The position numbers and the translations under genes are program-made. 64,000 nt of DNA from Octopus bimaculoides (lineage: Eukaryota), in contig NC_068981.1 in the NCBI RefSeq assembly GCF_001194135.2, positions 167,243,218 through 167,307,217 of the forward strand. Reading direction: 5' to 3'. Below are positions 26,765 to 39,004 of this stretch, in pieces. The first letter of the stretch is position 1; each line of letters opens with the position of its first letter. The notes under the pieces were generated by a model, which worked only from the letters and a program-made list of their open reading frames with translations, did not search any database and was not told the origin of the DNA.

Positions 26765-27269
26765 TGGGAAGTAACCGCATCTCATGGGCATGACGATTTC
26801 ACTAATCTTGGTCGATAATCGTCTTGGAGGTGGTATCTTGAACAAAATATCCCTTGGCGTTACAATACAAAGCGCAAAAGTAAACAACAAAAAATTCCAC
26901 AGTGTCTGGAGACTAAAACACATGACCGCTCTGTCGTCACTCGGGTCAACAAGGGCTGCTTCCCTCAACGAGGAATCAGTTTGGAGTCGAAAAGTTTACA
27001 GCTAAAACAAGCTCTTCTCCAAGTACGGACTTGAATGGTCACTTGAACAAGATTAATGTCAATTCAAGCCCTTCAAGTTCAGCAGCACAAGGAAAAGAAA
27101 ATTCTAAATGAATCAGAGAAGAGTATAAAGAAATGATATACGTATTATTTCACTCACTGGGAAAACCAACGGCTGAAAAAATGCGCAGATGTGCTATTTG
27201 GTATTATCTCCAAAGATCCGATTCTCAAAGGTATTGTTGTCGTTCTTAAATGCCATATTTTTTAGACCT

Positions 27270-27478
27270 CTATTCCAAGGTTCTTTTATTTACGTCACTG
27301 GTGCCAAGTTGTATCAACTTTTGTCTTTCCTTTGGATAACATCGGTGGCGTAGAGAGGTGAGGCGGTTATGCATGAGTGACTGCTGGTCTTCCATAAACA
27401 ACATTGCCCGAACTTGTACCTCAGAGGGTTGCTTTCTAGATGCAATCCTATGGTCATTCATGACCGAAGGGAATCATT
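27270..27478 (+). repeat. Unclassified interspersed repeat (degenerate second copy at ~2518-2592)
   Basis: CTGCTGGTCTTCCATAAACA...CTTTCTAGATGC here versus CTGTTGGTTTTCCATAAACA...CTTTCTAGGTGC at 2523. Confidence 0.5.
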
Positions 27479-27484
27479 ACCCTT

Positions 27485-28440
27485 TGTACTTACTCAACTT
27501 TTCATAGGTTTTCTCAGAGGTACTGCAGCACAATATCCAGTCTATTGGCTTGAGTAGCTTGATCAGTTTGAATACTAAAGTCTCAATGAACAGTGAGGTT
27601 TTTATTTTCTAGTACTTCAGCAGGCCTATGTTCCCGTGAAAATACTGAACCACGTCTGTCGTGCAGATTGAGTGGTCAATTATTTCTCCGGTTGTATCAC
27701 AAAAGCGGCGGATAGGATCAGCATCATTTAAAAAAATGTTGGCTTGGTAAATTTCAGTGTGTACATTATGTAGAGTGATATGCATTCTATGTACTGACAG
27801 GTGTGTGTGTGCGCGTATGGGCATGTCTATGTATGTGTTATCTTGTGTGCGTGCAACCGCATGGCTCTGCGTGTTTGCGTGTATGTGTACAAGTAACCGT
27901 CTTCCAAATCCACTCACAAGGCTTTGGTCGGCCCGAGACTATAGTAGAAAACACTTACCCAAAGTGTCATACAGTAGGACTGGACCCTGAGCTATGTAGT
28001 TGAGAAACAAGCTTCTTATGACACAGCTACGCTTGCGCCTATATATACAGCCTCTGTTTCTGATTTAAGTCTAGATGCAACCAGCCCTGATTTGTTTCAT
28101 TATCAGAATCGCTGGCCCTTATAGGGTATTTATCATATAATGACTTACTTTTTTTATCTGTTATGCAGCTCTGAGGTTCTATTTGATTTGGCTAGTGCTT
28201 TATTTGCTTCCACAATAGGGTTTTCTGTTTCATCTACTTGCGTTAAAATCTCACCGATCTTTACAAATTTATTTGTTTCTTCCGATATTGAGTGCAGTTT
28301 TTCGTTACTTTCATGCTTGCAGACCATTTCAAGTTAGTGTTCTTCAGATAGGTATCTGACCCTATAGTTGCTATCTTTACAGACAGTTGCAATTGCATCA
28401 GAACCGACGTTTATCTTTTCGTGGAATGAACTATCGCCTT
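27485..28440 (-). mobile_element. RLE-type (R4/Dong-like) LINE relic interrupted by the 289-bp insertion
   Basis: Right part: LEMVCKHESNEKLHSI...SLYDKYPIRA...RLKSETEA. Left part: YQANIFLNDADPIRRFCDTTGEIIDH (decayed CCHC knuckle), PAEVLENK..DFSIQTDQATQANRLDIV, EKLSKYK. Confidence 0.8.
27755..28043 (-). repeat. Inverted 289-bp copy of 21515-21803
   Basis: 5 substitutions, no indels; located inside the LINE relic. Confidence 0.95.
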
Positions 28441-28632
28441 CGTCTTTATTACCCCTTTAGTAATTAAGCGAAATCAACTTTGCCTTTCATCCTTTCGTTG
28501 TGAGAACTGGAGTCGATGTAATTGACTTCCATTCCCTCGAAATTTCTGGACATGTGCCAAAATTATTATAATTAGTGACAGAACCAGTATTAATACCAAA
28601 AGGTGGTCATTACATCCAATTTAACATACTGC

Positions 28633-28635
<3 letters not shown>

Positions 28636-28701
<66 letters not shown>

Positions 28702-28745
28702 GAATGATACAGCAGCAGCAGCAGCAGCAGCAACAGCAGTAGCAA
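28636..28745. repeat. (ATT)n followed by (CAG)n microsatellites
   Basis: Directly visible. Confidence 0.9.
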
Positions 28746-29725
28746 CAGTAGTACTGTTCCATTTGTGTTAATAAGAGCAACGTTCTATGGTAGAATGAAT
28801 GGGCGCTTGAATGGACCTCACTATAAAACTTAATTTTCGAAATGTGAAAGTATATTTTATATTTGAAATAATCTTACTTTCTTATACTGAACCATATAAA
28901 CTATATTACTGTAAGTTAAATGAATTTATATAATTTTATTTCTTTTTATTGAATCCCGTAAGTATAACTAGCAACTTCGGAAGAATTTTTGAAATAAAAA
29001 GAAAACGGTCTACGAACCAAATTCAAAGAAAAAAGGTTTTTAAATGTTTTTGTTACCTCAAAAGCTGTAAGCACGAAAAGTTTGACAGAAATAATAACAT
29101 GGAAGTCATTTTGAAAATGATTTTGAAATAACTAGGAAGAAATTCTTTTGAGTTGGCACAGCACTAGCTTTAGTTGGGATAATGTGTTGTCAAATGAATC
29201 CACCTCCTTAATGGAAAATGCATGTCGAAAGCGTCCTTCCAAAGATCTGATACAAGAGCAACAGACGGACTTGAAGTGACATGTATAACGTTAACAGATA
29301 TAAGCAAAACCGCTATACGTTAGATATTCACTCATTCAAAAACAAAAATAATAACACATCACCATCACAACGTATATAGAATTTCATATATATCAGCATC
29401 ACAACGTATAGGGAAATAAACAACAACTTTATAAAATGCAGTATTGCAAAAAAAAAAAAAATACCAAGTCATACAATGGGGACATAAGTAGATGCAACTT
29501 GTGGACCACTAAGAAATTTATTGAATATATGGTTGTATACATGTATGTATGAAAATATAATATAAGATCAAATGTACATATATATATGCATTTACGATAT
29601 ATCTAATATACATATATATTATATGTATTATATAATGTATGCCCGAAATTACACACACACACACATACACACGCACACACACACATGTATACGTATGTAT
29701 ATCTATAGAAGTACATATATCTACG

Positions 29726-29757
<32 letters not shown>

Positions 29758-29898
29758 AGTCTAGAGAGATATAATATACAAACGTGTATATATATATATA
29801 CATGCATAATACATACATATATATGCATACATATATACATGCATATATACATACATATATATATGGATATAATTCATGATGTGATATGATATATATAT

Positions 29899-29962
<64 letters not shown>

Positions 29963-30527
29963 NNNNNNNNNNNNNNNNNNNNNNNNNNNNNNNNNNNNNN
30001 NNNNNNNNNNNNNNNNNNNNNNNNNNNNNNNNNNNNNNNNNNNNNNNNNNNNNNNNNNNNNNNNNNNNNNNNNNNNNNNNNNNNNNNNNNNNNNNNNNNN
30101 NNNNNNNNNNNNNNNNNNNNNNNNNNNNNNNNNNNNNNNNNNNNNNNNNNNNNNNNNNNNNNNNNNNNNNNNNNNNNNNNNNNNNNNNNNNNNNNNNNNN
30201 NNNNNNNNNNNNNNNNNNNNNNNNNNNNNNNNNNNNNNNNNNNNNNNNNNNNNNNNNNNNNNNNNNNNNNNNNNNNNNNNNNNNNNNNNNNNNNNNNNNN
30301 NNNNNNNNNNNNNNNNNNNNNNNNNNNNNNNNNNNNNNNNNNNNNNNNNNNNNNNNNNNNNNNNNNNNNNNNNNNNNNNNNNNNNNNNNNNNNNNNNNNN
30401 NNNNNNNNNNNNNNNNNNNNNNNNNNNNNNNNNNNNNNNNNNNNNNNNNNNNNNNNNNNNNNNNNNNNNNNNNNNNNNNNNNNNNNNNNNNNNNNNNNNN
30501 NNNNNNNNNNNNNNNCACACATTTACA

Positions 30528-31035
30528 TATAAAGTAACGAAGGTGGCTATACACAATATAAAACCAATAAGGAAAATTTCAGTGGTGACTAATCGTGACA
30601 GAGGGTGCAGGGTAGCACCTACATTGCTAGAAATAAAAGTCAAATACTCTTATAACCACAAAAGCACAATATACTGGCAGGGGAGATAACCACCCCATAG
30701 CGAGTGAGTTCACTATACTATAAAGCTAGTTTTGCTTGGAATTAAAGCTCATCAGTAGTGATAACTCCATCGCGTATGGTGAAGCTAAATCCTGCCTGTC
30801 AATATATTGCATTTACCATATGAATCAATAGATGATTCAGCAAAATGGTAATGCGAAAATTATAAAATAACGAAGATGGCTATGCGCAATATAAAGCCAA
30901 AACGGAAAAATTAAATTGTCACTAATAGTAACTGAGGGTGCAGGATAGCACCTACACTGTTAGACACAAGAATCAAAGACCCTTATAGCCACAAAAAGCA
31001 CATTGCCTTTGTACTGACAGGGAAGATAACCACCC

Positions 31036-31037
<2 letters not shown>
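30528..31037. repeat. Diverged ~170-bp direct repeat pair (30528-30697, 30861-31037)
   Basis: Shared blocks TAACGAAG(G/A)TGGCTAT, GAGGGTGCAGG(G/A)TAGCACCTACA, CTTATA(A/G)CCACAAAA, GAGATAACCACCC. Confidence 0.85.
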
Positions 31038-31066
<29 letters not shown>

Positions 31067-31641
31067 AAACAAGAGAGAAGATGGAGATAAGATTAATAAA
31101 AGTTTATTATCATTGGCAAGACCAGACATACAATTGTTTTAATTCATCATTTGCAGCATAAAAATTAACCAAATTCAATTTAATTTAACTAGATTAATTT
31201 GGTTAATTACTACAAGTGAGAATATCTTCAGTGACGGATGCACAAAGAAATCTATTATATTTAAAGCAAAATGAAAATCTAAAAACAGGAAGGATACAGT
31301 GTACCATTATAGTTAAAAATATATACACAGTTATGAAAATATATAGTTAGCTATAAATTAGTATAAATAATGATAATGCAGACATACCCATGCAAGATAC
31401 GAAAAATATATATGTATGTGCCTACTTTGCTAGGCATTCAACCAGTCTAATCTTGGATATTTTTATCCCACCGAGGTTTATATCCTCACTTATACCTTTA
31501 TATATATATAATGGTATAAGTGAGGATGTTGAATGCCTAGCAAAGCAGGTACATACATATATGTATATTTAAATACCCAAATATTTGTCAATATATCTGT
31601 CTGTCTGTCTATCTGTCTGTCTGTCTGTCTGTCTGCATGTA

Positions 31642-31676
<35 letters not shown>

Positions 31677-31788
31677 ATGTATGTATCTCCTATTTTTTTA
31701 ATTATTATAAATCTTCCACTGAAGAGGGAGCAGGTTTCCAACAAAGATACAAGGCTCTATCTTTGGGATGTAGTTAACACAGACGAAT

Positions 31789-32605
31789 TCACATTTGGAA
31801 CTTGAGAAAAGTCTTGCATATTTTTACTGTTCCACTCACAGATTGAACTTGTAATGAACGAGTCAACCGGTTAATTTCTCTTTCTGAAAATCCCAGTTTA
31901 TCCAGATCTCCTTTAATCATTTACTAACAAAACCTAGAGCTCCAATTCTTATTGGTATGACTATGAATTCATAGTCTGGATATAGAAGCTGGAGGTTTCG
32001 AATCAGTTGTCCATAGATATTCTTTCTCATTGATTTTCAAGGAGATATTTATATCTGTGGAGCAGCTAACCTCTATGGTGGTACATACCTTTACCCCTCT
32101 GTTCCAAACAACAATATTCGGCCTGTTATGCTTACATTTGACAGAATTTTTGATGGGAATATTCCACCAATATTCCTTGAATTGGTGTTTATGAATGTAT
32201 TCCGTAACTGGGATTTTCTAAGTTTATTTCAGTACAGTATTTTTGTGGATGGCATTGTAAATTGTTTTAGAAACAACATCATGCCGCATAGGGAGGTAGT
32301 ACCGTGACGACATTTTAGGACAGTTGCTAATCACATGCGTAATGTCTTTCACGGTAACATGACATAGCCTACACGTTCGGTTGCACCTTGAGATTATAAG
32401 AGCATCATTGTCTCTCTTGTTCACTAGGTACTTTGTGACAATCTCCTTTTTCCTGGATTGCAAACGCATATCCTTCAAAGTGTGATGTGATGTAGTGGTC
32501 TTGTGTCCAAGAGAGGCTGCGCTTCGTGTCAATTCTACTGCCTTCTTCAAGCTTCCGGGCAACATACCCATGCATAGTCTTTTTTTGTATGGTGAATGTT
32601 TGCCA
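31789..32605 (-). mobile_element. RLE-type LINE 3' part (second family, ending GTVKICKTFL)
   Basis: CCHC knuckle CRLCHVTVKDITHVISNC, RHDVV, YWWNIPIK..KHNRPNIVVWN..IEVSC..IGALG..SGTVKICKTFLKFQM*. Confidence 0.88.
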
Positions 32606-32908
32606 TCCAGGTCTTCTCTATGTATGTATGCATGCATGCATGCATGTATGTATGTATGTATGTATGTATGTATGTATGTATGTATGTATGTATGTATGTA
32701 TGTACGTACGTATGTATGTGTATATGTATATATATAAATATATGTATGTTTATATATATAAATATATGTATGTATTTGTATATATANNNNNNNNNNNNNN
32801 NNNNNNNNNNNNNNNNNNNNNNNNNNNNNNNNNNNNNNNNNNNNNNNNNNNNNNNNNNNNNNNNNNNNNNNNNNNNNNNNNNNNNNNNNNNNNNNNNNNN
32901 NNNNNNNN

Positions 32909-32940
<32 letters not shown>

Positions 32941-32944
32941 AGCC

Positions 32945-33070
32945 TTTGAATGGAAACTGTAAGCTCGATCAGGATTACTTTGCTTAACCTCTTCAGCCCA
33001 CAGAACCACGTCTGGCCTCAAGGTTGTCTGGACAACTCGAGGAAAGCAACCAGTCTTGCTTTGGTTAATT
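32945..33070 (-). mobile_element. Short RLE endonuclease fragment (Hero/NeSL-like motif)
   Basis: VVQTTLRPDVVLWAEEVKQ(fs)VILIELTV fits the T-x-LRPD-x-V-L-W...L-I-ELTV motif. Confidence 0.65.
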
Positions 33071-33500
33071 AATACTGAAAATGAATATAATCACACGAAG
33101 TCTTTTTAGTTTGGATAAATTGCTGACAGTTTTCAATTGGTGCGTGAATGTTGATTCATTATGAATTATTGAATGCAAGCATTTGGCAGACAGTTTGAGT
33201 TAAATAAAAAAACGCAGGAAAAGAAAGAAATATAGCACCTAGAATGATATTTTAACGTTTTTATTTTCTGCTTAAATAATTCCTTTCAAAATACTGTGCT
33301 AATTTGCATAATTATTGTAAATTAATTATTTGTCTGATCGATAACTTACTCTATATCCGTTGCAGTGTTTTGCATAATCAGTATGCTGCGTTTTTCTCAG
33401 ATTATAGGAAAAAGTTAGTGAAATAAATACTATATTTTAAAACAAGTACTGGAGTTGTTAGAAAACTAAAACGAAAAAAAAAAAGAAACCCCCCAAAAAC

Positions 33501-33748
33501 TGGTACTCCGTCGGTTGCGAAAACGAGGGTTCAAGTTGATCCGATCAACGGTTCAACCCGCTCATGAAATTAACGTGCGTACCTATAACGTAGTTCTCGA
33601 GGAGATTCAGTATGATACAAAGTGTGACAAGGTTGGCCTTTTGAATTACAGGTACAGCCCATTTTTGACAGCTGAATGTGCTGGAGCAACGAGAAATAAA
33701 AGACACAACGCGCCGTCAGGTGTCGAAATCACTACTCTGAGATCATGT

Positions 33749-33831
<83 letters not shown>

Positions 33832-33927
33832 CACACAATTGCAGCGTGAAAGATGTTTGTAAGCCATTTAAGAACACACACGCACATACACACACACATA
33901 TACCCTAACCACTAAGCCACGCGCCTT
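33501..33927 (-). mobile_element. SINE family C interrupted by a (CA)n tract
   Basis: Tail TGGTACTCCGTCGGTTGCG at 33501; head end CCCTAACCACTAAGCCACGCGCC at 33903-33925. Confidence 0.8.
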
Positions 33928-34124
33928 CACACTTGTGGATACAATGTAGAAAGCCCATCATAGTGGTATTGCATTATGGCCGTAGCGCAATGATGGAAGC
34001 AGTAATTGAGTAAATTGTCACGTAATCTGTGAGCTTCTTGAGAAGATGAGCAAAAATTCAGTTGTGTGCAAAACTATCCTTTTCTGTTATACGCGTATTG
34101 AGATTATACGTATATGCGTATATA

Positions 34125-34332
34125 CGAGGTGGTGCTGAAAAGTTCCTGGCTTTGGGTAAAAGAAAATAAAGAAAGATCACTTAATTATGATTTTATTCAA
34201 CATACACCCCTTTCAGATTCACACATTTATTGCAGCGGTCCTTCACCTTTTCGAGGCCCTGTAAAAGAACTCGAACGGTTGGGCCTCCAGGCCTGATACC
34301 CTTAAAGCCAGGAACATTTTAGCACCCTGTCG
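34125..34332. mobile_element. Tc1/mariner-derived MITE with TA TSD
   Basis: TA|CGAGGTGGTGCTGAAAAGTTCCTGGCTTT ... AAAGCCAGGAACATTTTAGCACCCTGTCG|TA; ~29-bp imperfect TIRs; TA at 34123-34124 and 34333-34334. Confidence 0.85.
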
Positions 34333-34355
34333 TACATGCCTTCATACAAACACAC

Positions 34356-34421
<66 letters not shown>

Positions 34422-34726
34422 TATGTAGGAATGTATATTTGTATGTATTGGAGTTGAATGCATTAGAGTTGTATGCATAGCTGTCCTCCCCGTGAATCGC
34501 ATATTAAACAATTGTGAATTTCATTACAAAGAATATATATTGTTCTGTTACGGTCTTTCAAAATCTCAAGCGGCGAAAACAACTTTTATCTTTAAATATT
34601 GACTTATGTATTCTTTTTATATAAAAGTAAACAAAAACTAACGGCATTCATTTCATAACTTAAATATATCTAATTTGGATATGTGTAATTACCCATACAA
34701 TTACTCACGCAGACACTCTAACATAA

Positions 34727-34800
<74 letters not shown>

Positions 34801-35073
34801 CCTATAGATCGGAAGAGCGTCNNNNNNNNNNNNNNNNNNNNNNNNNNNNNNNNNNNNNNNNNNNNNNNNNNNNNNNNNNNNNNNNNNNNNNNNNNNNNNN
34901 NNNNNNNNNNNNNNNNNNNNNNNNNNNNNNNNNNNNNNNNNNNNNNNNNNNNNNNNNNNNNNNNNNNNNNNNNNNNNNNNNNTATATATATAAATATATA
35001 TATATACATATATACATACATACATATACATATACATATATGCATACATACATCCATATATATGTATCCTGAC

Positions 35074-35117
<44 letters not shown>

Positions 35118-36654
35118 AGACTCTTATGAATTTCTATGATTATAACAAATTACAGTGAACGATAGATATATAGACAAACAGAGATAAGGAGAGATCGAAC
35201 GAAATGAATATAAATATGTATGAAAATCAATATGAGATCTTTTGAAATCTACTGGAAGAAAGGAAAATACTTGAGTATAACAGTATTTATTCATAACATT
35301 ATTCTTCCCTGCTTTCCTTTATCTTCACATGATAATTCCTACTTTATTTTCTAGATAATCTTTCGGCGAGCTTGCCCAGAACATAAAGAAAGAATTTTGT
35401 TATTTATAATGTATTTCTTCTTCCATCTATGGATGGTCCACTTCCCTCCCCTGACCAGTAACCTCTTTAATTGAAGAATCCACACAAACAGACATAACAC
35501 GTTGAGCTATAACAATAGCTGCAAACGAGGAACGTGTAGGTGTGGATATATCAACATTAATCTGTGATCTAGTGATGATAGATTATCGAATCAAAAGAAG
35601 AAAAGGAAACAATGTTTGAAAATATATATTTTATTATATGTATAATTGATATCAAAATCTCTATTTACTATCCAAATACTTTTCTTGTAGCTGTTGAAAG
35701 TAAAGATGGTCGGTGTAGGTCACGATTAACATCTTATCTTAACAAAACTAAGCTTGGAGAATTTTCAGGGGAAAAGGCATTGAGGTTTAGTTTATACAAT
35801 TTTTATTGGCTAAGAATTCAAATTAGCAAAGTTTTTAGAGCATTAGATCGAATACTCTGAGGTATCTGTTCTGATTCTCTGCTCTCTGAGTTCAAATCTG
35901 GTCGAGGTCAACTTTACATTTCATACTTTTGGGTCTCGATAAAGCGTACCAAATGAAGAGCGCCGTATTAGTTGAGCTGTTTGAACGGCGGGCAAGATGC
36001 TTTGTGGTGTTTGTTCTAGCTCTTTGCGTTCCAACTCCTGCGATGACACGAGTAATAAGTTCTATCGGGTCAAGCCAGCGGCTTTCCTTGGATAACACCA
36101 GTGGCACGGTGAAGAGGAAGTTGCATGCGTAGGCACTGCTTTTCTTCCTCAAAAATGTTGCTGCACAAAATAAATAATCCTTTATTGACGAAGGCCACCC
36201 CCGCTAATCTGCTACTGATTTAGGTGATTTAGATTATTTATGGCGAAGTCGGATACAACTGGTAGTAGAGTAGTCAGTTTGTTCTTTGTCAGTGGTTGGT
36301 GCTGCGCTTGAACTATTTTCTGGTTACTTTACTCTCTGTTTGCTCAATCCATATGTTGTAAATGCGTAAGATGAGAAAGTAAAAATTTCTGTAAGCACTA
36401 TATAGATATTGAAATTAACGAGTGTTTTATTAATTTCAATACTGATTTCAAATCTGATAGGCAAAGAAAAGTCACAATAGTTCTCGAAGTCAGATCAATC
36501 CTTTTAGTCAGCTTTATCATTAATCTCAGTCGAGAGGCTGTGATAGCTAGCGTCTGACAAGCCATCTTTAACTCAACACAAAGTAAACATTTTTTCCATC
36601 TTTGAAGGATTTCACGGCAATGAATGTTTTACACTATGATGTTTGCAGAATTAT

Positions 36655-36775
36655 TAGCATATCGGAAAAAATGCTTCGCAGCATTTCTTCTGGCTCTTTA
36701 CGTTCTGAGTTCAAATGCCGGCATGGTCTATTTTTACCTTTCATCCGTTTGGGGTCGATAAAATGAAGTACATCT
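36655..36775 (+). mobile_element. SINE family A, partial
   Basis: AAATGCTTCGCAGCATTTC...TTACGTTCTGAGTTCAAAT...GGGGTCGATAAAAT. Confidence 0.7.
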
Positions 36776-37179
36776 CTATCATTCGTCCCGCAACTTTTTG
36801 TTTTCTTTTAACTCCGCATATGTATCTTCTTTTTCAGTGTATACTGTGTATACTTACTATATCTTTTTATCATTTCATTATATGTAAACCCCAACACTTT
36901 ACGTCTGTTTTGTATTTCCTCCTCATCCTTCGCCCTTGTGGCAAATAAATGAAATCATTATTATTATATTAATTATTATTATTATTGTTGTTATTGTTGT
37001 TGTTATTAATAGTAGTAATTGTAGTAGTAGCAGCAGCAGCAACAATAGTAGTAGTAATAATAGTAGTAGTTGTTGTAGTAGTAGTAGTTGTTGTAGTAGT
37101 AGTAGTTTTTCTTCTTTCAGTTTTGTTTCCCTTTCTTACCGAGTGTCTTCCCGAAACCTAGGACAAATTATCATTACTG

Positions 37180-37770
37180 TTGTTTGATGAAAACTCTCAG
37201 CTTATTTTATTGGGTATGATAGAAAGTGTCAGCTGTCTGTAGGCTGCAGACTAAAGTGACACTTGTTTACTGATCGTGCTTCAAGGACTCAGCGGAGAAC
37301 TCTTGCAGTTCCAAGCAATGAAGATTTTTGTAGATGTTTTATCTTTACATTTGTACCAATCTTTTTGACCACGCTGGTAGTTGAGTGTTGATACTTCCAA
37401 GCGCGCAAATCCCAATTGATATTACCGCCACTCTCTTTATTGCCCACAACCTGCGTATTTCCCACTTCAGTTTATTATAATTGTTCACTTTTTCTTCTTT
37501 CTCTTCGATCTGTTGTCACTAGGACATGCAATGTCGATTATCAAGCATTTATTTCTTTTCTGTTCACCACAACAATGTCAGGTTTCCGCTCACTAATCTA
37601 ATGGTCACACTGAATCATTGCATATCAAAAGATTTTCCAATCCTTTTTCCCAGTACCTCCTTTTGAGATTTGGTCATTCCGCGTCTTTGATCTTTCTAGG
37701 CCATATTTTCCACAAATTTCCAATGGATCAGTCTTGTCACATTGTCATGTCGTCTTTTGTATTCACGATT
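37180..37770 (-). mobile_element. RLE-type (R4/Dong-like) LINE 3' fragment
   Basis: REYKRRHDNVTRLIHWK..IQCDH..RKPDIVVVN..CLIIDIACPSDN..KVNNYNKLKWEIRRLW..LQKSSLLGTARVL, then a 3' UTR into low-complexity repeats. Confidence 0.9.
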
Positions 37771-37782
37771 ATTATCATTATT

Positions 37783-38399
37783 GAGTGAGAGAGCAGTGCA
37801 TGCCATCAAAGTGACACTGGGGTAAAATATACGAAGCCCAGTATACCCATTATGACTACCCGTCTGATAAAGGTACACCAGGCACATGCATCACAACCAT
37901 ATGTGCGCGACATGGTGATCTCATATCAAGATAAACAGCCCATGACCTCGCAGGTGGGTCCCAGTTAAAATTNNNNNNNNNNNNNNNNNNNNNNNNNNCG
38001 AGTAGCCCATCCCACTCAAAAGGTCACTGAATAAGGTTTGTTTAAGGATGTTGAGCAAAACACCCATGTTTCCAAAGGTGAATTATTCAAACCCCCCAAA
38101 ATTCCTCTCAACACATGGCTATGATGTTCCCCCACTACTTCTGCTCATGATCAGAGATGCACATATCGTCAGCCAACAAGGGACATGCTCAACTGGTTAA
38201 AGTCAAGCAATTGACAACCAAATCTGTGGTATTAAGCAGAATATCTTTTTATACCCAGACAAAACAATGTACATGATAACACTTCCAATCAGTTAAGACC
38301 AGAAGCCATGAGAGCCACTGCTTGGTACTGCATCCGGGCATTTGTGGTACTGCATCTGGGCATTGGTACTGCATCCGGGCATTGGTAGTGCATCCGGGC

Positions 38400-38402
<3 letters not shown>
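37783..38402 (-). mobile_element. Non-coding element D, copy 2 (full length, with a 26-N gap), between (AAT)n tracts
   Basis: Both ends present; the terminal 19-bp unit is repeated four times at 38324-38402. Confidence 0.92.
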
Positions 38403-38481
<79 letters not shown>

Positions 38482-38875
38482 TCTGGTTTCCTTTCATTAT
38501 AACTTTATTTCAGCTGCCTTAGTAGCAGGCATCCTCCGGAGGCCAAGAGTAGCAAGGGCACTTTTGTTTTGCTATGCATGCTAAAATTATCACCATATTT
38601 ATTCCATTTTAGACGGTGAGTGCTTTCTGTAGTATATGGGCTGTACCCATCAAGGTTATCTTTTGTAGTTTGGAGTTACCAGGGAGTTGCTTAATATACT
38701 TCTCAGCTCCCTTCTTTATCATCCCCAATGCACCAATTACTACTGGTATTTTTGTAGTACTAAGCTTCCACATTTTTGTGATTTCAGTTTGCAGATCTTT
38801 ATAGGGAGAAAGTTTTTCGTATTCCTTTCTTGAGACATTTTGATCTTGGTCGAATGGAATCGATTTTTCTCTTTT
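38482..38875 (-). mobile_element. RLE-type (R4/Dong-like) LINE 3' end and UTR between (AAT)n tracts
   Basis: KEYEKLSPYKDLQTEITKMWKLSTTKIPVVIGALGMIKKG...LQKITLMGTAHILQKAL (ORF 38609-39097). Confidence 0.9.
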
Positions 38876-38918
38876 TTTTTGCATAATAATAACAATAATA
38901 ATAATAACAATAATAATG

Positions 38919-38979
<61 letters not shown>

Positions 38980-39004
38980 TAATAATAATAATGATAATAA
39001 TAAT

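Noticed and set aside
32224-33021. 265-aa ORF with an RPD motif and a CCHC knuckle
   Set aside because: It is a chimera of two unrelated LINE fragments joined through a gap and a microsatellite, with the domains in the wrong order.
38324-38402. CRISPR-like array (also considered for 1285-1402)
   Set aside because: The units are contiguous with no unique spacers, there are no cas genes, and the context is eukaryotic.
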